A stretch of 64,000 nt of DNA from an uncultured Planctomycetaceae bacterium (GCA_963833985.1 CAWIAD010000002.1:2144001-2208000); one strand, 5' to 3'. Shown: positions 19,403 to 31,514, counted from the stretch's first letter. The notes: generated by a model not told the origin, from the letters alone. Program-made: numbers and translations.

Positions 19403-19903
19403 GTGAGTCGATCTTCGCACCCTGTTCTCTTGTTTGACGATCTCGCCGTCGGTGACGAATGGGAAAGCCCTGGAAGGACGGTGACCGAGACGGACGTGGT
19501 ACTCTTCTCAGGCCTTTCGGGAGATTATAATCCGCTTCATTGTAACGAGGAATTCTCCAGGCAAGGACCATTCGGGCGCCGGGTCGCCCACGGCATCCTG
19601 GGACTGGCCATCGCCAGCGGACTCACCAGCCATGCTCCGCGCATCGACACCATGGCTTTCCTGGCGATCCTCGAATGGAGGTTTCTGCTCCCCATTTTCT
19701 TTGGCGACACGATCAAGGTCGTTTCCCGGATTGAAGCACTCCAGCCGCAAGCCAGGGGCCGGCGCGGCGTCGTGACCTGGCATCGACATATCCTGAACCA
19801 GGATGCGCTGGTCGCTCAGGAGGGCCGTAGCCAGACCCTTGTTCGTGGCAGGTCGAGCCGGCGCCCCTCGGAGGGCGTCTCGCCGACCGCCTCGGATGCC
19901 TGA
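19403..19903 (+). CDS. MaoC-family dehydratase
   Basis: GRTVTETD, SGDYNPLH and RVAHG motifs. Confidence 0.88.
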   Translation: MSRSSHPVLLFDDLAVGDEWESPGRTVTETDVVLFSGLSGDYNPLHCNEEFSRQGPFGRRVAHGILGLAIASGLTSHAPRIDTMAFLAILEWRFLLPIFFGDTIKVVSRIEALQPQARGRRGVVTWHRHILNQDALVAQEGRSQTLVRGRSSRRPSEGVSPTASDA

Positions 19904-20194
19904 AAGCATTTACTCACCTACCCTCGTATCAGTGATAACGTTCTTCCCTGGATTTGATCAACGCTTTTCTGTCAAAGGATGAGCCATTTTTAATTGCCCT
20001 TGGTGCGGTTGCCGGATCCAAGGATCGGAATCGACCGCTTCGGTACAGGATCAAGCGTTTTCCAGGTGAGCCATGGAACATCATTCTTCACTCCGTTCAC
20101 TCCGGCGCGGCAGCCGCGCCGCGCTGGCAATACCTGTGCGACCGGTCTCGCGGACCGGCCGGCCCAGGCTGGCCCGGGTCCGGGTGAAACGTGC

Positions 20195-23100
20195 TCACCG
20201 CGAGCGCTGCACGGGCAAGCCGGGGCTCTGCGCCACGGGTGAGCTCTCCGTTCGCTCCCGAGTTGCGGGCTGGCCCAGCGTGCGGCGGATGAACTCGAGC
20301 TGTAGCCGGGTGTAGTGCGGGCTGAAGATCGGATGCCGCGACCCGGGGTAGATCATCAGCTCGAAGTCCTTGTTCGCGGCCTGAAGCGCTTCCACCAGAC
20401 GCATCGTGTTCCGCACCGAGACGTTGTCGTCGATGAGCCCATGAACGATCAGCAGCTTGCCGTGCAGGTTCCGTGCGGCCTTGACCACCGAGGCTCACAT
20501 CGTAGCCCTGGGGGTTGTCCTGCGGCAGCCCCATGAACCGCTCGGTGTAGATCGTGTCGTAGTCGCGCCAGTCCGTGACGGGCGCTCCGGCGATTCCCGC
20601 GGCGAAAAGGTCGCTGTGGGTCATCGCATAAGAGGTCATGTAGCCGCCGTAACTGTGGCCGGTCATCCCAATCCGCGTGCCGTCGACGTAGGCTCGCTTC
20701 TTCAGCCAGGCGATACCGTCCTTGATATCGTCGAGTTCCTGGACTCCCAGGTGCTTGTAAGCGTGCCACGCCGAGACCGCGCCCTTGCCGCTGGCGGAAC
20801 GCGGATCGAGATGGAAGATGATGAATCCCTCGGCAGCCAGCGCCTGATCCGCGAGCCCGCCGCCCGCCCAGCCTTCGCTGGTCATGGGCGTGTGCGGACC
20901 GCCGTAGGTCTTGAACCAGACGGGATACTTCCGGCTCGGGTCAAGGTCCGGCGGCAGAACAACCTCGCCTTCAAGCAGGAATCCGTCGCGGGCCGGCACA
21001 TGAACCCGCTCGCGCGGGCCGAACCGGTATTCCTTGAGCCGGTGCGCCGGGTTGCTGTCCACGGTCCGCACCAGCATGCCGTCGGCACCGTGGAGGGTGA
21101 GTCGCGGGGGCGTGTGCAGGTCGGACCAGCTCGCGAGGTAATGGCGGCCGTCCGGTCCGAGGTGAACCTGGTAGCTTCCCGCGCTCTGAGTCAGCCGCTC
21201 CGGACTGCCGCCCAGCTTCGTCCTGTACAGGTTGATGGAAACCGGGTTGTCGCGCGTGGCCGTGAAGTAAATCCAGCCGGTATCGGCATCGACGTGGGCC
21301 AGCGAGCGAACCTCCCACGGGCCGCTGGTGACCTGCCCGTGCAGTGTCCCTTCCGCCGCATAATGGTACAGGTGCTTCCAGCCGTCACGCTCGCTGGACC
21401 AGAGGAAGCTACCGTCCTTGAGGAACGTGATCGGCTCGGGATCGGCGATCCACGCTCTGGTCGCGTCACGGAACAGCCGGCGCGGCTGCGGGCCTGGCTC
21501 GTCGGCCGGAACCTGCACCAGGTCAAGCCAGGTCTGGGTGCGATTCTGGATTCCGCAGTAGGCCGACGAGCTGTCCGGCCACCAGCCCACCTGGCTGATC
21601 AGGAAGGCCTCGGAAGAATACCCCGCAAGGTCCGCCCAGCGCACGCTCCCTCCGCCCGCGTCCACGATCCCCAGCCGAACCTTCGGGTTCGGCTCGCCGG
21701 CGCACGGGTACCGGTTCTGCTCGACCGTCCTGGGGCTGGTGGTCTCGTTCAGCATGGTGAGCGTCTTCACGGGGGAATCGTCGAATTCCATGAGCGCGAT
21801 CCGCTTTGAATCCGGGCTCCACCAGAACGCCCTCCAGTGCCGGTTGAAGATCTCCTCGAAGTAGACCCAGTCCGCGATGCCATGCCGCAAGGTCTCGGTG
21901 CCGCCGGTGGAGAGTGCCCGCTCACGCGGGTTGGCGATCTCGACGACGTGGAGATCGAAATCTCGCGTGAACGCGACGAAGCGGCCATCCGGGCTGAACT
22001 GCGGTTCCTTCTCCACTCCGGGGTGGTCAGTCAGCCGCACCGCCGTCTTGCCGTCGAAGCTGGCGTAGTAAAGGTCGTCGTTATGTGTGAACAGGAAACC
22101 CTTGTGCGCGGGGTCCATGTTGAAGGAGTGGTCCCCGGCAATGGAGTCCGCCGTGCTCTCGTCGATCGTCGGCAGCCGCCTGAGGCTCGCGGCCAGGGCG
22201 CGCGTATCGACAAAGGGACGCGAGCGTCCTGACCTGGCGTCGACGCGGTTCAGCTTACCCTCGCGGATTTGCAGCCAGCTCTGGCCGTCCAGCCAGGTGG
22301 CCGAGACCGGCGAGTCCGCGAGCATCTGGCCACCGCCTCCTCTGCGGCCGCCCTGAACCATGCCGAAGGTGATGGGCAGGTCGTGCTTCCGCTCCTCGGC
22401 CAGCGGCTCGGCCGATGTCGTGGTGATCGGCTCGGGATGGTTCAGCCGGGTGACCGGAAAGTCGCTGCCGGCCTGGACCATCGAGCCAAGGAGTTTCCAT
22501 GTGGCCAGGCCATCCTCCGAGCGCGGTTCCAGCAGGTAAACGGCCAGGTTGCCCAGCGGCTGCGCCGTCTTCACCATGAGGGTGCCGGCCGGAATGCGCC
22601 GGGTCTCCTGCCGCGGGCTGACGCGCAACTCGACCACGTCTTGCCGATCCCAGCTCGATCCCGCCGGCCTGGCGATCTCGTCCACGCGGCAAACTTCCAG
22701 GTCCAGCTCGATATCCTCGCGCAGCTCCTGGACGTCGATGCCGTGGCGCTTCAGGACGGAGGCAGCCTGCTCGCAACTCGCGGGCAGGAAGTAGGCGTAA
22801 GGACGAGCGACCGTCTCCGTGGGGGCGAAATCGTGCATGAGCTGCACCGGGTATTCCACGAGCGTGTCGGTCTTCTTCCGATGGCCCCCCTCCTCACGCT
22901 CGACATAGCCGAGAATGGGCTCGGGGTGGGGCAGGGGGCGTGGCTCGGAGCGAACCGCCACGCGATCCTGGCCGGGCGCCTGGCCGGCTCTGACGGCGGC
23001 CCGGTCCGCCTCGGCCTCGATCTGCCGGATCTTGTCCTTGTGGGCGGCCGCTTGCAGCAGGCATTCGCGCACGAAGTCGCGCGTGGCCAGGACGCGCTCC

Positions 23101-23996
23101 TTGTAAGTCGCATAAGCGTACGCCTCGGAGAGGACGCCGATCCGGTTTCTCAGGCCGAAATACGTGGTGCCGTAGCGGCCCTCCGCGGGAAAGGTGGTCC
23201 AGCGCGTGTGGTCGCGGCTCAAATTGCCGTAATAATAGGCTTGCAGCCCCGTCTTCTTCTCGAAAGCGCGGGTCAGGTCCGGCAAGAACGTGTCGCGGCA
23301 AAAATCGATGAGCGCATGATTCCCGGCCGGGTTCTTGGGGCCCTCGTAGGTGATCGTATACCGGTGGTAGGAGCCATTGGTCGTGTGCGTGTCGATGAAC
23401 AGGTGCGGCTTCCAGGTGTTGAAGAACCGGACCAGGGCCCGTGTCTCGGGTGCCTCGAGCTTGATGAAGTCGCGGTTCAGGTCCAGGCCGCGCGCATTGG
23501 CCCGCTGGCCCATGCCTTCCTCGGGGCCGACCTGGCCGGGCCGGTTCTGCTTCGACACGCGCTCGTTGCCGTCGGCATTGTAGATGGGGGCGATGGCCAC
23601 CACGATGTCCTTCAGCAGCGGATGGTGCGGCGTTTCCAGGAGCTCGCGCGCCAGCATCGGCAGCGCTTCCTTGCCGCAGACCTCGCCCGCGTGGATATTG
23701 CCGATCGCCAGCACGATCAGCTTGCCGGAGCGCGCGGCTTCCGCCGCCGTGTGCACGGGCGGATCGGCCACGATCAGGAGCGGCAGCACGCGGCCCTCGG
23801 CAGAACGGCCCAGCTCTGTGAAGGTGGCGCCGGGATAGCGCTTTGCCAGGGCCTGGCACAGGGCCACGACATCGCCGTGGCGGCTGGTCGACCTGTAGCC
23901 GCTCTGCTCGGCGACCGTCTGGAGGGTGTCGACTTGCTGCGGTGAATCTGCAAGGATAGGTAAAAGCAGTGCAATCAGCGTGTGGGTGGCAAGCAT
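20195..23996 (-). CDS. Secreted M14 zinc carboxypeptidase plus S9 dipeptidyl peptidase IV fusion; frameshift near 20490
   Basis: M14 motifs HAGE, DLNRD and DTH; DPP IV N-terminal DWVYFEE; GHSYGG nucleophile; HGLIDDNV and GSRH in the shifted frame 20195-20488. Confidence 0.85.
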
Positions 23997-24185
23997 GAAC
24001 CAGGGATCCTCGTTCGTCGAGCCGGGGGAATGAGCCAGATGTCGCCGGTGAGAGGGACGGCGGAATGAAAACAGCCTACCCGACGCGCTGGTTCGAAGCG
24101 AGGACCTCCAGGAGATTCCCGGCGGCGTCGGCCTGCGGAGTCCCAGCGGTTCCAGTTGAGGGTGGCGACGTGGTCGGTCGTGGCG

Positions 24186-25137
24186 ATGATGCCTGAAGGA
24201 AACAGCCGGTTACCGGCCGTCTGGATGTTCACGGCGGCGTTCTGCTTCGCGGCAATGGGCACACTGGCCCATGCGCTGGGCACTGCGCTGCGACTGGCTG
24301 CTGGTCGCCCTCATCCGCATCATCTGCACCTTCGTCTTCTCGGTACTCCTGGCCTGGACGGCGCGCGCCAGGCTGGTGATCTGGACCCCCCGAACGCTCT
24401 GGATCCGCAGCATTTCCGGAACGATCAGCCTGCTCTGCTCGTTCTACGCGCTGGCGCGCCTGCCCGTGGCCGACGTGCTCACGCTCACCAATACTTACCC
24501 CTTGTGGATCGTGCTGCTGTCGCTACGCCAGTTGCGGCGCAGCGAGATCGGCGTGGACCTGACGTGCGTGGCCTGCGGCGTGCTGGGTGTGGTTCTGATC
24601 CAGCTCCCGTACCTCTCGGGCCAGGCGAACCTGGCCGTGCCCGTGGCGCTGCTGGGCTCGTTCACCACCGCCGTGGCCATGCTTGGCCTGCATCGCCTGC
24701 GCACGGTCGACGCCCGTTCGGTGGTGGCTCACTTCTCCGGCCTGGCCAGCCTGGTGCTCTCGGTCTGGGTCTTTGTTCATCCGCACATTGCGGCACGGAC
24801 GACCTTCAGCGGGGCCACCTTGCTCCTGCTGCTGGGCGTGGGCATCACGGGTACGATCGCCCAGGTGATGCTCACCAAGGCGTTCGCCTCGGGGCCACCG
24901 GCGCGGATCTCGGTGCTGAGCCTGAGCCAGGTGGTCTTCGCGATGATCTTCGACCTGACGCTGGGCGGCCGCGTGCTCGCGCCGTCGACCCTGCTCGGCT
25001 TCCTGCTGGTGCTCATTCCCACCGCCTGGATCACGCTGCACCCCGCGCGCCAGCCGCATGCACCCGCCGTCGCGCCCAGGAGCCCGGGCCGTTCCCTGCC
25101 GCGCTGCGCCGTCCCGCGGAGGCATCGCGACCATTGA
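24186..25137 (+). CDS. DMT/EamA family transporter; frameshift near 24280
   Basis: About ten hydrophobic helices with an EamA-like pattern across ORFs 24156 and 24271. Confidence 0.8.
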
Positions 25138-25174
25138 GTTAGAGCGATTTTCACTCGGATCGCAGACTGAGACC

Positions 25175-25238
25175 GGGGGGCAGGCATTCCTGCCTGCCGG
25201 AGCAGGCCTGCCCTGGCAGACAGGAATGTCTGCCCTCC
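25175..25238. repeat. REP-like inverted pair GGGCAGGCATTCCTGCCTGCC / GGCAGACAGGAATGTCTGCCC
   Basis: Two internally palindromic 21-mers in inverted orientation between convergent genes. Confidence 0.7.
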
Positions 25239-25464
25239 TTTCCAAGATCTCAGAAGCTGCTTGCAACCCGTCAGAAAGCCGCCCTCGGTCCGGGAGTTAG
25301 GTCCGAGTCACGGTCAGGCAGGCGGCGCATGACGTGAAGGCCCTGGCACACCAGGCGCGCGTGCCCGACAAAATGGCGTACGCCCCCGCTCATTGATCGC
25401 GTACCCGAGGACGCCCAGCCGGCGGGTTGAGGGGCGTTCCAGCCGGACGGTCGCGACCGTTCAA

Positions 25465-25860
25465 TCACGGCCGATACTGTTCGTCGCTCACGTGTTCCAG
25501 CCATTCGACGGTCTTGCCGTCGAGCCTTTCCTGGATGGCGACGTGCGTCATGGCCGTGGTCGCCGTCGCCCCGTGCCAGTGTTTCTCGCCCGGCGGGAAC
25601 CAGACCACGTCGCCGGGCCGGATCTCCTCGACCGGGCCGCCCCAATGTTGTGCCCAGCCGCAGCCCGAGGTCACGAGCAGGGTCTGCCCCAGCGGATGCG
25701 TGTGCCAGGCCGTGCGAGAGCCGGGCTCGAACGTGACCAGGGCACCGACGGCACGCGCGGGGTCGGCAGCCTGAAAGAGCGGGTCGATGCGCACGGTGCC
25801 GGTGAAGTAATCCCCGGGACCCTTGGTGGAGGGTTGCGAGCCGCTTCTCTTGATGTCCAT
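25465..25860 (-). CDS. Cupin domain protein
   Basis: [18 protein letters not shown] and PGEKHWHGA motifs; GGAG upstream. Confidence 0.92.
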   Translation of the reverse strand: MDIKRSGSQPSTKGPGDYFTGTVRIDPLFQAADPARAVGALVTFEPGSRTAWHTHPLGQTLLVTSGCGWAQHWGGPVEEIRPGDVVWFPPGEKHWHGATATTAMTHVAIQERLDGKTVEWLEHVSDEQYRP

Positions 25861-26049
25861 GCGATGTCTCCTCCGGGGCCGACGACCGGGTCTCTGCTCC
25901 AGCTTCTCGGGGACGAGGGTCCTCGCCACCCACCTCTCCCTCTTGACCCGACCGTTTCGGGCTGCTGCAATTCTCTCTCAGGTAAGCCGGAACGGGAACA
26001 GGGCACCACACCTCTCTGACCGTCCGGCAACTGGTGATCGAGATCAACC

Positions 26050-27459
26050 ATGCAGCCGCTTCGCTGTCCTCGCTTGTCATTCGGCCCGCCCTTCTTGGTC
26101 GTGATCGTGATCCTGGGGAACGCCCTCCCGGCCAAGGCCGAAGGCCCTTCCCGTCGCGACCCGCAGATCGAGGCGGCACTGCGGGAGATCGACGTCTCTC
26201 GGATCCGAGCGCGCATCGAAAAGCTAGCGAGCTTCGGCACCCGTCATACGCTCTCGGACACCACGAGCGACGTGCGCGGCATCGGGGCCGCCAGGCGGTG
26301 GATCAAGTCCGAGTTCGAGCACATGGCCGCCGCCAGCAGTGGCCGTCTCATCGTGGCTGACGATTCCTACGTTCAGGAGCCAGCCCGGCGCGTGAACCGG
26401 GCCACCGAGATCGTCAACGTGACTGCAACCCAGAAGGGGAGGCAGGCCTCCTCCGCCGATCGCATCATCGTGCTGGGCGCACACTATGATTCAATACCAT
26501 CGATGAAAGCCGACGGAACCGACCCCAATGCGGACGCACCAGGAGCTAATGACGACGCCAGTGGAACGGCCGTGATCATGGAGCTGGCCGAAGTTCTCTC
26601 GAAGCGCGACTGGGACGCGACCCTGGTCTTCGCGGCGTTTGCGGGTGAGGAGCAAGGCCTCTACGGCTCGACCCACTTCGCGCAGCAGGCTCACGCCGCG
26701 TGCAAGAACCTCGAGGCGATGATCACCAACGACATCGTCGGGAACACCGCGGGGGGCGACGGCCGGCGTGACAACCGTACGCTGCGCGTGTTCTCGGAAG
26801 GCATGCCCGCCGTCGATTCACCGCTGGCGGCCCGGTTGCGGATGGTCGGAGGGGAAAGCGACGGTCCTTCACGCCAGCTCGCCCGCTACATCCAGGAGAC
26901 GGCCGAGCTGTACGTGCCCGATTTCCGGGTCCGGCTCATCTTTCGCAGCGATCGCTACCTCCGTGGCGGCGATCACCTGCCATTCGCCCAGCGCGGGTAT
27001 CCTGCCGTCCGCTTCACCGAGCCCGCCGAAAACTTCGCTCGTCAGCATCAAGACGTCCGCATGGAAAATGGAATCGCATACGGCGACGTCGTCAGCGGGG
27101 TCGATTTCGACTACGTGGCACACGTTGCCAGGGTGAACGCGGCCGTTGCCGGCGCCTTGGCACTGGCCCCGGCTCCTCCCGGCGATGTCGCCATCGAAAC
27201 GCGCAAGCTGGAGTACGACACCACGCTCACCTGGACCGCGCCGCGGGACACCGGTCTGGCCGGGTTCGAGATCGTCTGGCGCGATACGACGGCGGCGCGC
27301 TGGGAGCACGCGCTGGAGGTCGGCAAGGTGAGCTGCGTCACCCTGGCCGGCCTGTCGAAGGATGACTGGTACTTCGGAGTTCGCTCGGTCGACGCAAGAG
27401 GCCACCGCAGCCCGGTCGCCTTCCCACTGGCCGGTGGCCGTCAACCGCCGCGCAGGTAG
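26050..27459 (+). CDS. M28 family metallopeptidase with FN3-like C-terminus
   Basis: GAHYDS, PGANDDASG, GEEQGL and GDH motifs; signal peptide. Confidence 0.9.
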   Translation: MQPLRCPRLSFGPPFLVVIVILGNALPAKAEGPSRRDPQIEAALREIDVSRIRARIEKLASFGTRHTLSDTTSDVRGIGAARRWIKSEFEHMAAASSGRLIVADDSYVQEPARRVNRATEIVNVTATQKGRQASSADRIIVLGAHYDSIPSMKADGTDPNADAPGANDDASGTAVIMELAEVLSKRDWDATLVFAAFAGEEQGLYGSTHFAQQAHAACKNLEAMITNDIVGNTAGGDGRRDNRTLRVFSEGMPAVDSPLAARLRMVGGESDGPSRQLARYIQETAELYVPDFRVRLIFRSDRYLRGGDHLPFAQRGYPAVRFTEPAENFARQHQDVRMENGIAYGDVVSGVDFDYVAHVARVNAAVAGALALAPAPPGDVAIETRKLEYDTTLTWTAPRDTGLAGFEIVWRDTTAARWEHALEVGKVSCVTLAGLSKDDWYFGVRSVDARGHRSPVAFPLAGGRQPPRR

Positions 27460-27675
27460 ACGCCCTCAACAGTGACCAGGATGGCGGCCTGGCGCTTTCT
27501 TGACGCCACTCGATCGTGGAGTGGTTTCCGGTTCTCGCCACGTGAGCCGTTGCGACTCTTCCCAGGAGGTGTCCGGATTCGGCGGCCCGAGATCTCGGCG
27601 AATGATGATCTTGCGTGTTCGCGGCGGGCCGTGGAAGCTGGAGCCACCGTGAACCCTGATCATGGAGAACGCCGC

Positions 27676-28508
27676 GTGCCTGATCCGTTCGACGCCAGCC
27701 CGGAATTCCAGAGACTGCTTGCCGGGGCCGACAGGCCGGACCTGCTGCGGATCGCGCTGGAGATCGCGTCGGACGCATACCCGGATCTCGATCTGGATTC
27801 CTACCTCCGCCAGGCCGATGCACTGGCCGAGCGGGTCCGCGCACGGTGCGAGGAACGGGCAAGGCCACGCAAGATCCTCGGTCAGATCAACTGGTGCTTT
27901 TCGTCGAGGAAGGCTACGAGGGGAACCGGGAGAATTACTTTGATCCTCGAAACAGCTACCTGAACGAGGTGATCGACCGCAAGCTGGGAATTCCGATCAG
28001 CCTTTCCATCCTTTATGCCGGGCTGGCCGGGCGGCTGGGAATCGTGCTCGAAGGAGTGAACCTGCCCGTGCATTTCATGCTCAGGCTGGAGGAACCGGAC
28101 CGACCGCTGTTCATCGACCCATTTCATGGGGGCGAGTTCCTTGACCGGCAGGGCTGTGAGTCCCGGCTCACGGACCTGACGCGCCGTGAGGTGGTGCTCT
28201 CGGAGGTCCAGTGCGCTCCGTGCTCCGCGCGAATCGTCGTGGCGCGGATGCTGCGGAACCTGAAGGCCATCTACCTGGGGACCAGCGACTTTCCTTCCGC
28301 CCTGAGCGTCCAGCGCAGGCTCGCCGCGGTGGCCGCCGAGCCCGAGGAACGGCGCGACCTGGGGATGATCTGCCTTCAGCTCGATCATCCCGGAGAGGCC
28401 ATCGATCACCTCCAGGCGTACCTGACAGCCCTCCCCGATGCGGACGATACCGAACCCGTCAGCGCCCTGCTGCAATCGGCCCGCCGGCAGGTGGCGCACT
28501 GGAATTGA
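27676..28508 (+). CDS. SirB1/transglutaminase-like protein with TPR; frameshift near 27895
   Basis: YFDPRNSYLNEVIDRKLGIPISL, PVHF, IDPF and RMLRNLK motifs. Confidence 0.85.
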
Positions 28509-28551
28509 GTTTCGTGTGGGTGCCGGTGCCACGTTTTCCAGGAACCTTACC

Positions 28552-29883
28552 GTGCGAATTCTGCTCACAAGCTGCGCCCTGGCCGTATGCCTGCACGGAC
28601 CGCCGGGCATGAAAGCGAGCTCTGCCGTCGCGGAATCGCCATCCGGTATCGCCGGGTCAGAGACCGACGACCCGGAACTGGCTGAGTACAGGAAGGAGCT
28701 GGACGCGTTTCGAGCCGCATTCGGAGGCGTCCGATCGCTTCCGGACGTACCCTTCTTCCTCTTCGGTCTGGGAGCCAGGCCCAAGCTGATCTACAAGGCG
28801 GGCACGCTTGTGGGCTGGCCCGATGGCAAGGTGCTGCGGCGCTGGGCCATCAAAACCGAGCAGATCGTGCCCCCGGCGTGCCGCGTCCGTCTCACGACGA
28901 CCGAGGGCCGTGCCGTAATGATCGAGGAGGATGAGCGGGGTGTGTGGATCCAGGAGGCGGACCGACGGACGGTGGTTGGCGGCTCGACCTCAACGGTCCA
29001 CCTGCCGTCGTTCCAGGGCTATCCGTACCCCCGCGTGATGCGCGTGCTCCATCAGGAATTGCTCGTGAACGTGGTCGCCGGCAAGCCCGTTCCCTGCCTG
29101 TTCGTGTACTCCCGGCCGTGGTACCGCGATGGCGCCATGACGGCGATGTGCTTCAAGGCGACGGAGAACCTGGGACTCATCAGGGACTGGATCCTGGGCC
29201 TCTCCGACCCCTTCGACCGCAATAACAGCGGCGAGACCGAGGCCGACAACCCGGGAGAAGTCCTGTACCTGCTCTCGCTGGTCTCCGACCGGAACCACCC
29301 GCTGGTGCCCCGAGTGCTCGACGAGCTGGCACGGTTCGAGGTTCACCACGGTGCGGCCAGTCATATCCAGGGACGGACCGATTTCGCGGACCATCCTGTT
29401 TACCAGACGAGGTGGGCCAAGCTGGGCCTGAAGGCACTGGGCTTGCCGGACCCATACTCCGTGCCCCGCGTTCAGGACAGCTACGCTTCCTTGTTCTGGA
29501 TGGACGCGAACCACGACGCTCAGCGAGGCAGTGAAGCGGCCGACCGGGAGAAATACCCTTATCTGGGCTGGGCGGTGGACCATTATCGACGCGAGCGGAA
29601 AAGCCCGATCAGCAACCGCGATTACCCGCTCACCTGGGAGCGAGATGCAAGCCAGGCTCACTACGAGGGCATCAGGCTGGTCTCTGAAGTCCATGCTCAG
29701 CAGCGCATCGCCGCCCCCCACACCTGGCATGCGGCCGAGGTTTTGCTCTACTTGCTCGACCGCGCCCCGGTCTCACGCTCCGGTGCGGCCGTTCCTGAGC
29801 GCTCGGCCCGCGGCCACGTGACCGCCGTCCCGGTGAGTCTTCCTGAGGCCTCAGTGCCACACGTTGCGGGTCCATCCGAGTAA
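28552..29883 (+). CDS. Secreted hypothetical protein, possibly alpha/alpha-barrel glycoside hydrolase-like
   Basis: Long ORF with signal-like N-terminus; PWYRDGA, EADNPG and PHTWHAAE motifs. Confidence 0.6.
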   Translation: MRILLTSCALAVCLHGPPGMKASSAVAESPSGIAGSETDDPELAEYRKELDAFRAAFGGVRSLPDVPFFLFGLGARPKLIYKAGTLVGWPDGKVLRRWAIKTEQIVPPACRVRLTTTEGRAVMIEEDERGVWIQEADRRTVVGGSTSTVHLPSFQGYPYPRVMRVLHQELLVNVVAGKPVPCLFVYSRPWYRDGAMTAMCFKATENLGLIRDWILGLSDPFDRNNSGETEADNPGEVLYLLSLVSDRNHPLVPRVLDELARFEVHHGAASHIQGRTDFADHPVYQTRWAKLGLKALGLPDPYSVPRVQDSYASLFWMDANHDAQRGSEAADREKYPYLGWAVDHYRRERKSPISNRDYPLTWERDASQAHYEGIRLVSEVHAQQRIAAPHTWHAAEVLLYLLDRAPVSRSGAAVPERSARGHVTAVPVSLPEASVPHVAGPSE

Positions 29884-30120
29884 GCCCGGGAATCGCTGTG
29901 CCAGCGCACCCTGGAGATAGGCCCAGGACCACCAGAGCACCCAGGCCACCAGCAGCCAATCGCGAAGCGTGCCCGGCCGCCGGATGACGGGAATCACGCG
30001 TTCCGGGCCTGCTGGAGGGCGAGCCGTGGATGGCTCCGGTTCAAGCTGCGTTTCCGCGCCGCCGGAATTGCCCGGACAGGGGCTTGAGCCGCTTGCGAGA
30101 CTTGGGGAGGTTTTGCGCAC
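29851..30120 (-). CDS. Small membrane protein
   Basis: One Trp-rich transmembrane segment, downstream of the GT9 gene. Confidence 0.45.
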   Translation of the reverse strand: MRKTSPSLASGSSPCPGNSGGAETQLEPEPSTARPPAGPERVIPVIRRPGTLRDWLLVAWVLWWSWAYLQGALAQRFPGLLGWTRNVWH

Positions 30121-30149
30121 GATCGACGCTCCGGCGGCGGCCAGCGGCC

Positions 30150-31514
30150 TCAGATCGGGTTATGTGGAGACTGGAACTGGTGGAACCGCGCCCAGCAACG
30201 CATTGCCGCACGGAACACGCGGTCGGGCTCGATGCCGCTCATGCAGGGATGGTCGGCCAACGGACAGGTTTTCTGGTGGCACGGCTGGCATGGCACGCGG
30301 TGCCGGAGTATCAGTGAATGCCGCGACCAGGGACGCCATTGCCGGTGCAGGTTGGTGCCGCTGAAGAGGATGACCGAGAGCGTGCCCGCCGAGGCCGCGA
30401 GGTGCGAGGGGCCGGAATCAGCACCGATGAAGAGGTCCGCTCGCTCCAGCAAGGCCGTGGTCTGGGTGACGGTGAGCCGGCCCGTCCAGTCCCGGAGCCG
30501 CTCGTGGGCCGCGAACAGGTGCGCAGCGGGCGGGTCGTCTGGTCCGCCCACCACCACCACCCGCCAGCCGTCGTCAAGAAACCGCTGGATGAGCGTATTC
30601 CAGTGCTCCAGCGGCCAGCGCTTGGCGGCCGTGCCGGCACCCAGGTGCACCGCCAGGAGGGGCGCCAGCTCTCCAAAACGGCCGGCATGCAGGCCTTCGG
30701 GGTCATCGGCCCGGGACCACCGGGAGATGGTACCCAGGCCCGTCGCCTGGTGATCATGTGCTTCCCCGGCGCGGCGTCCTCGCGCGCCGGCGGGAACTTC
30801 CAATCGCCGGGGCATCCTGCGCGGCCAGGCCTCCGCCAGATGGCGAGACACGATCGCCCGGTCCGCGTCGGCGACCTGGACCTCGACTCGTGCCGGCAGC
30901 GCGCCGTCGGCGATACCCAGGGGAGCCAGCAGTGCCAGCCGCGCCCGGACCTCGTGGCGGCCGCGGACCCATTGCGCCACGTCGGTCAGCAGAAACGCCC
31001 CGCCCCCCATGGCCCAGCCCACTCGCCGCGGAATCCCGCCCAGGGCCAGCACCAGGACCGACAGGACATCGCCCCGGACATCGATTCCCAGGTCGTAACC
31101 AGCACTGCGCACCCAGCGGCCCAGCCGCCAGACCTCGCGGAGCAATCCCCAGCGATTGGGATGCCGCTCGAACCAGGTGCGATCGGCAATGTGCACGCGG
31201 CTGATATCCGAGTCGGCTTCGAACACCTCGTGATTGCTCGGCGAGGCCAGGACATCGATGACCGCCGCAGGATAGGCCGCCTTCAGCCTTGCGATGAGCG
31301 GACTGGTCAGTACCGAGTCGCCCAGGTGATCGAGCTGGATCACGAGGATGCGCCGGGGCTCGGTGACCTGCGGTACGCTCCGAACTGTGCGCCAGGCGGC
31401 CAGTGCCATCGCCCCGGCGGCATCCAGCGCGTGCACGAGGATCCGCCACCGCCACTTGCTGTAGCGATATCGTCCCGTGTTCACCGGCCTGGGGCTAGCG
31501 GGCGACCTGCTCAT
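30150..31514 (-). CDS. Glycosyltransferase family 9 (heptosyltransferase-like)
   Basis: QLDHLGDSVLTSP, AKRWP and DSGPSHLA motifs. Confidence 0.9.
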   Translation of the reverse strand: MSRSPASPRPVNTGRYRYSKWRWRILVHALDAAGAMALAAWRTVRSVPQVTEPRRILVIQLDHLGDSVLTSPLIARLKAAYPAAVIDVLASPSNHEVFEADSDISRVHIADRTWFERHPNRWGLLREVWRLGRWVRSAGYDLGIDVRGDVLSVLVLALGGIPRRVGWAMGGGAFLLTDVAQWVRGRHEVRARLALLAPLGIADGALPARVEVQVADADRAIVSRHLAEAWPRRMPRRLEVPAGARGRRAGEAHDHQATGLGTISRWSRADDPEGLHAGRFGELAPLLAVHLGAGTAAKRWPLEHWNTLIQRFLDDGWRVVVVGGPDDPPAAHLFAAHERLRDWTGRLTVTQTTALLERADLFIGADSGPSHLAASAGTLSVILFSGTNLHRQWRPWSRHSLILRHRVPCQPCHQKTCPLADHPCMSGIEPDRVFRAAMRCWARFHQFQSPHNPI

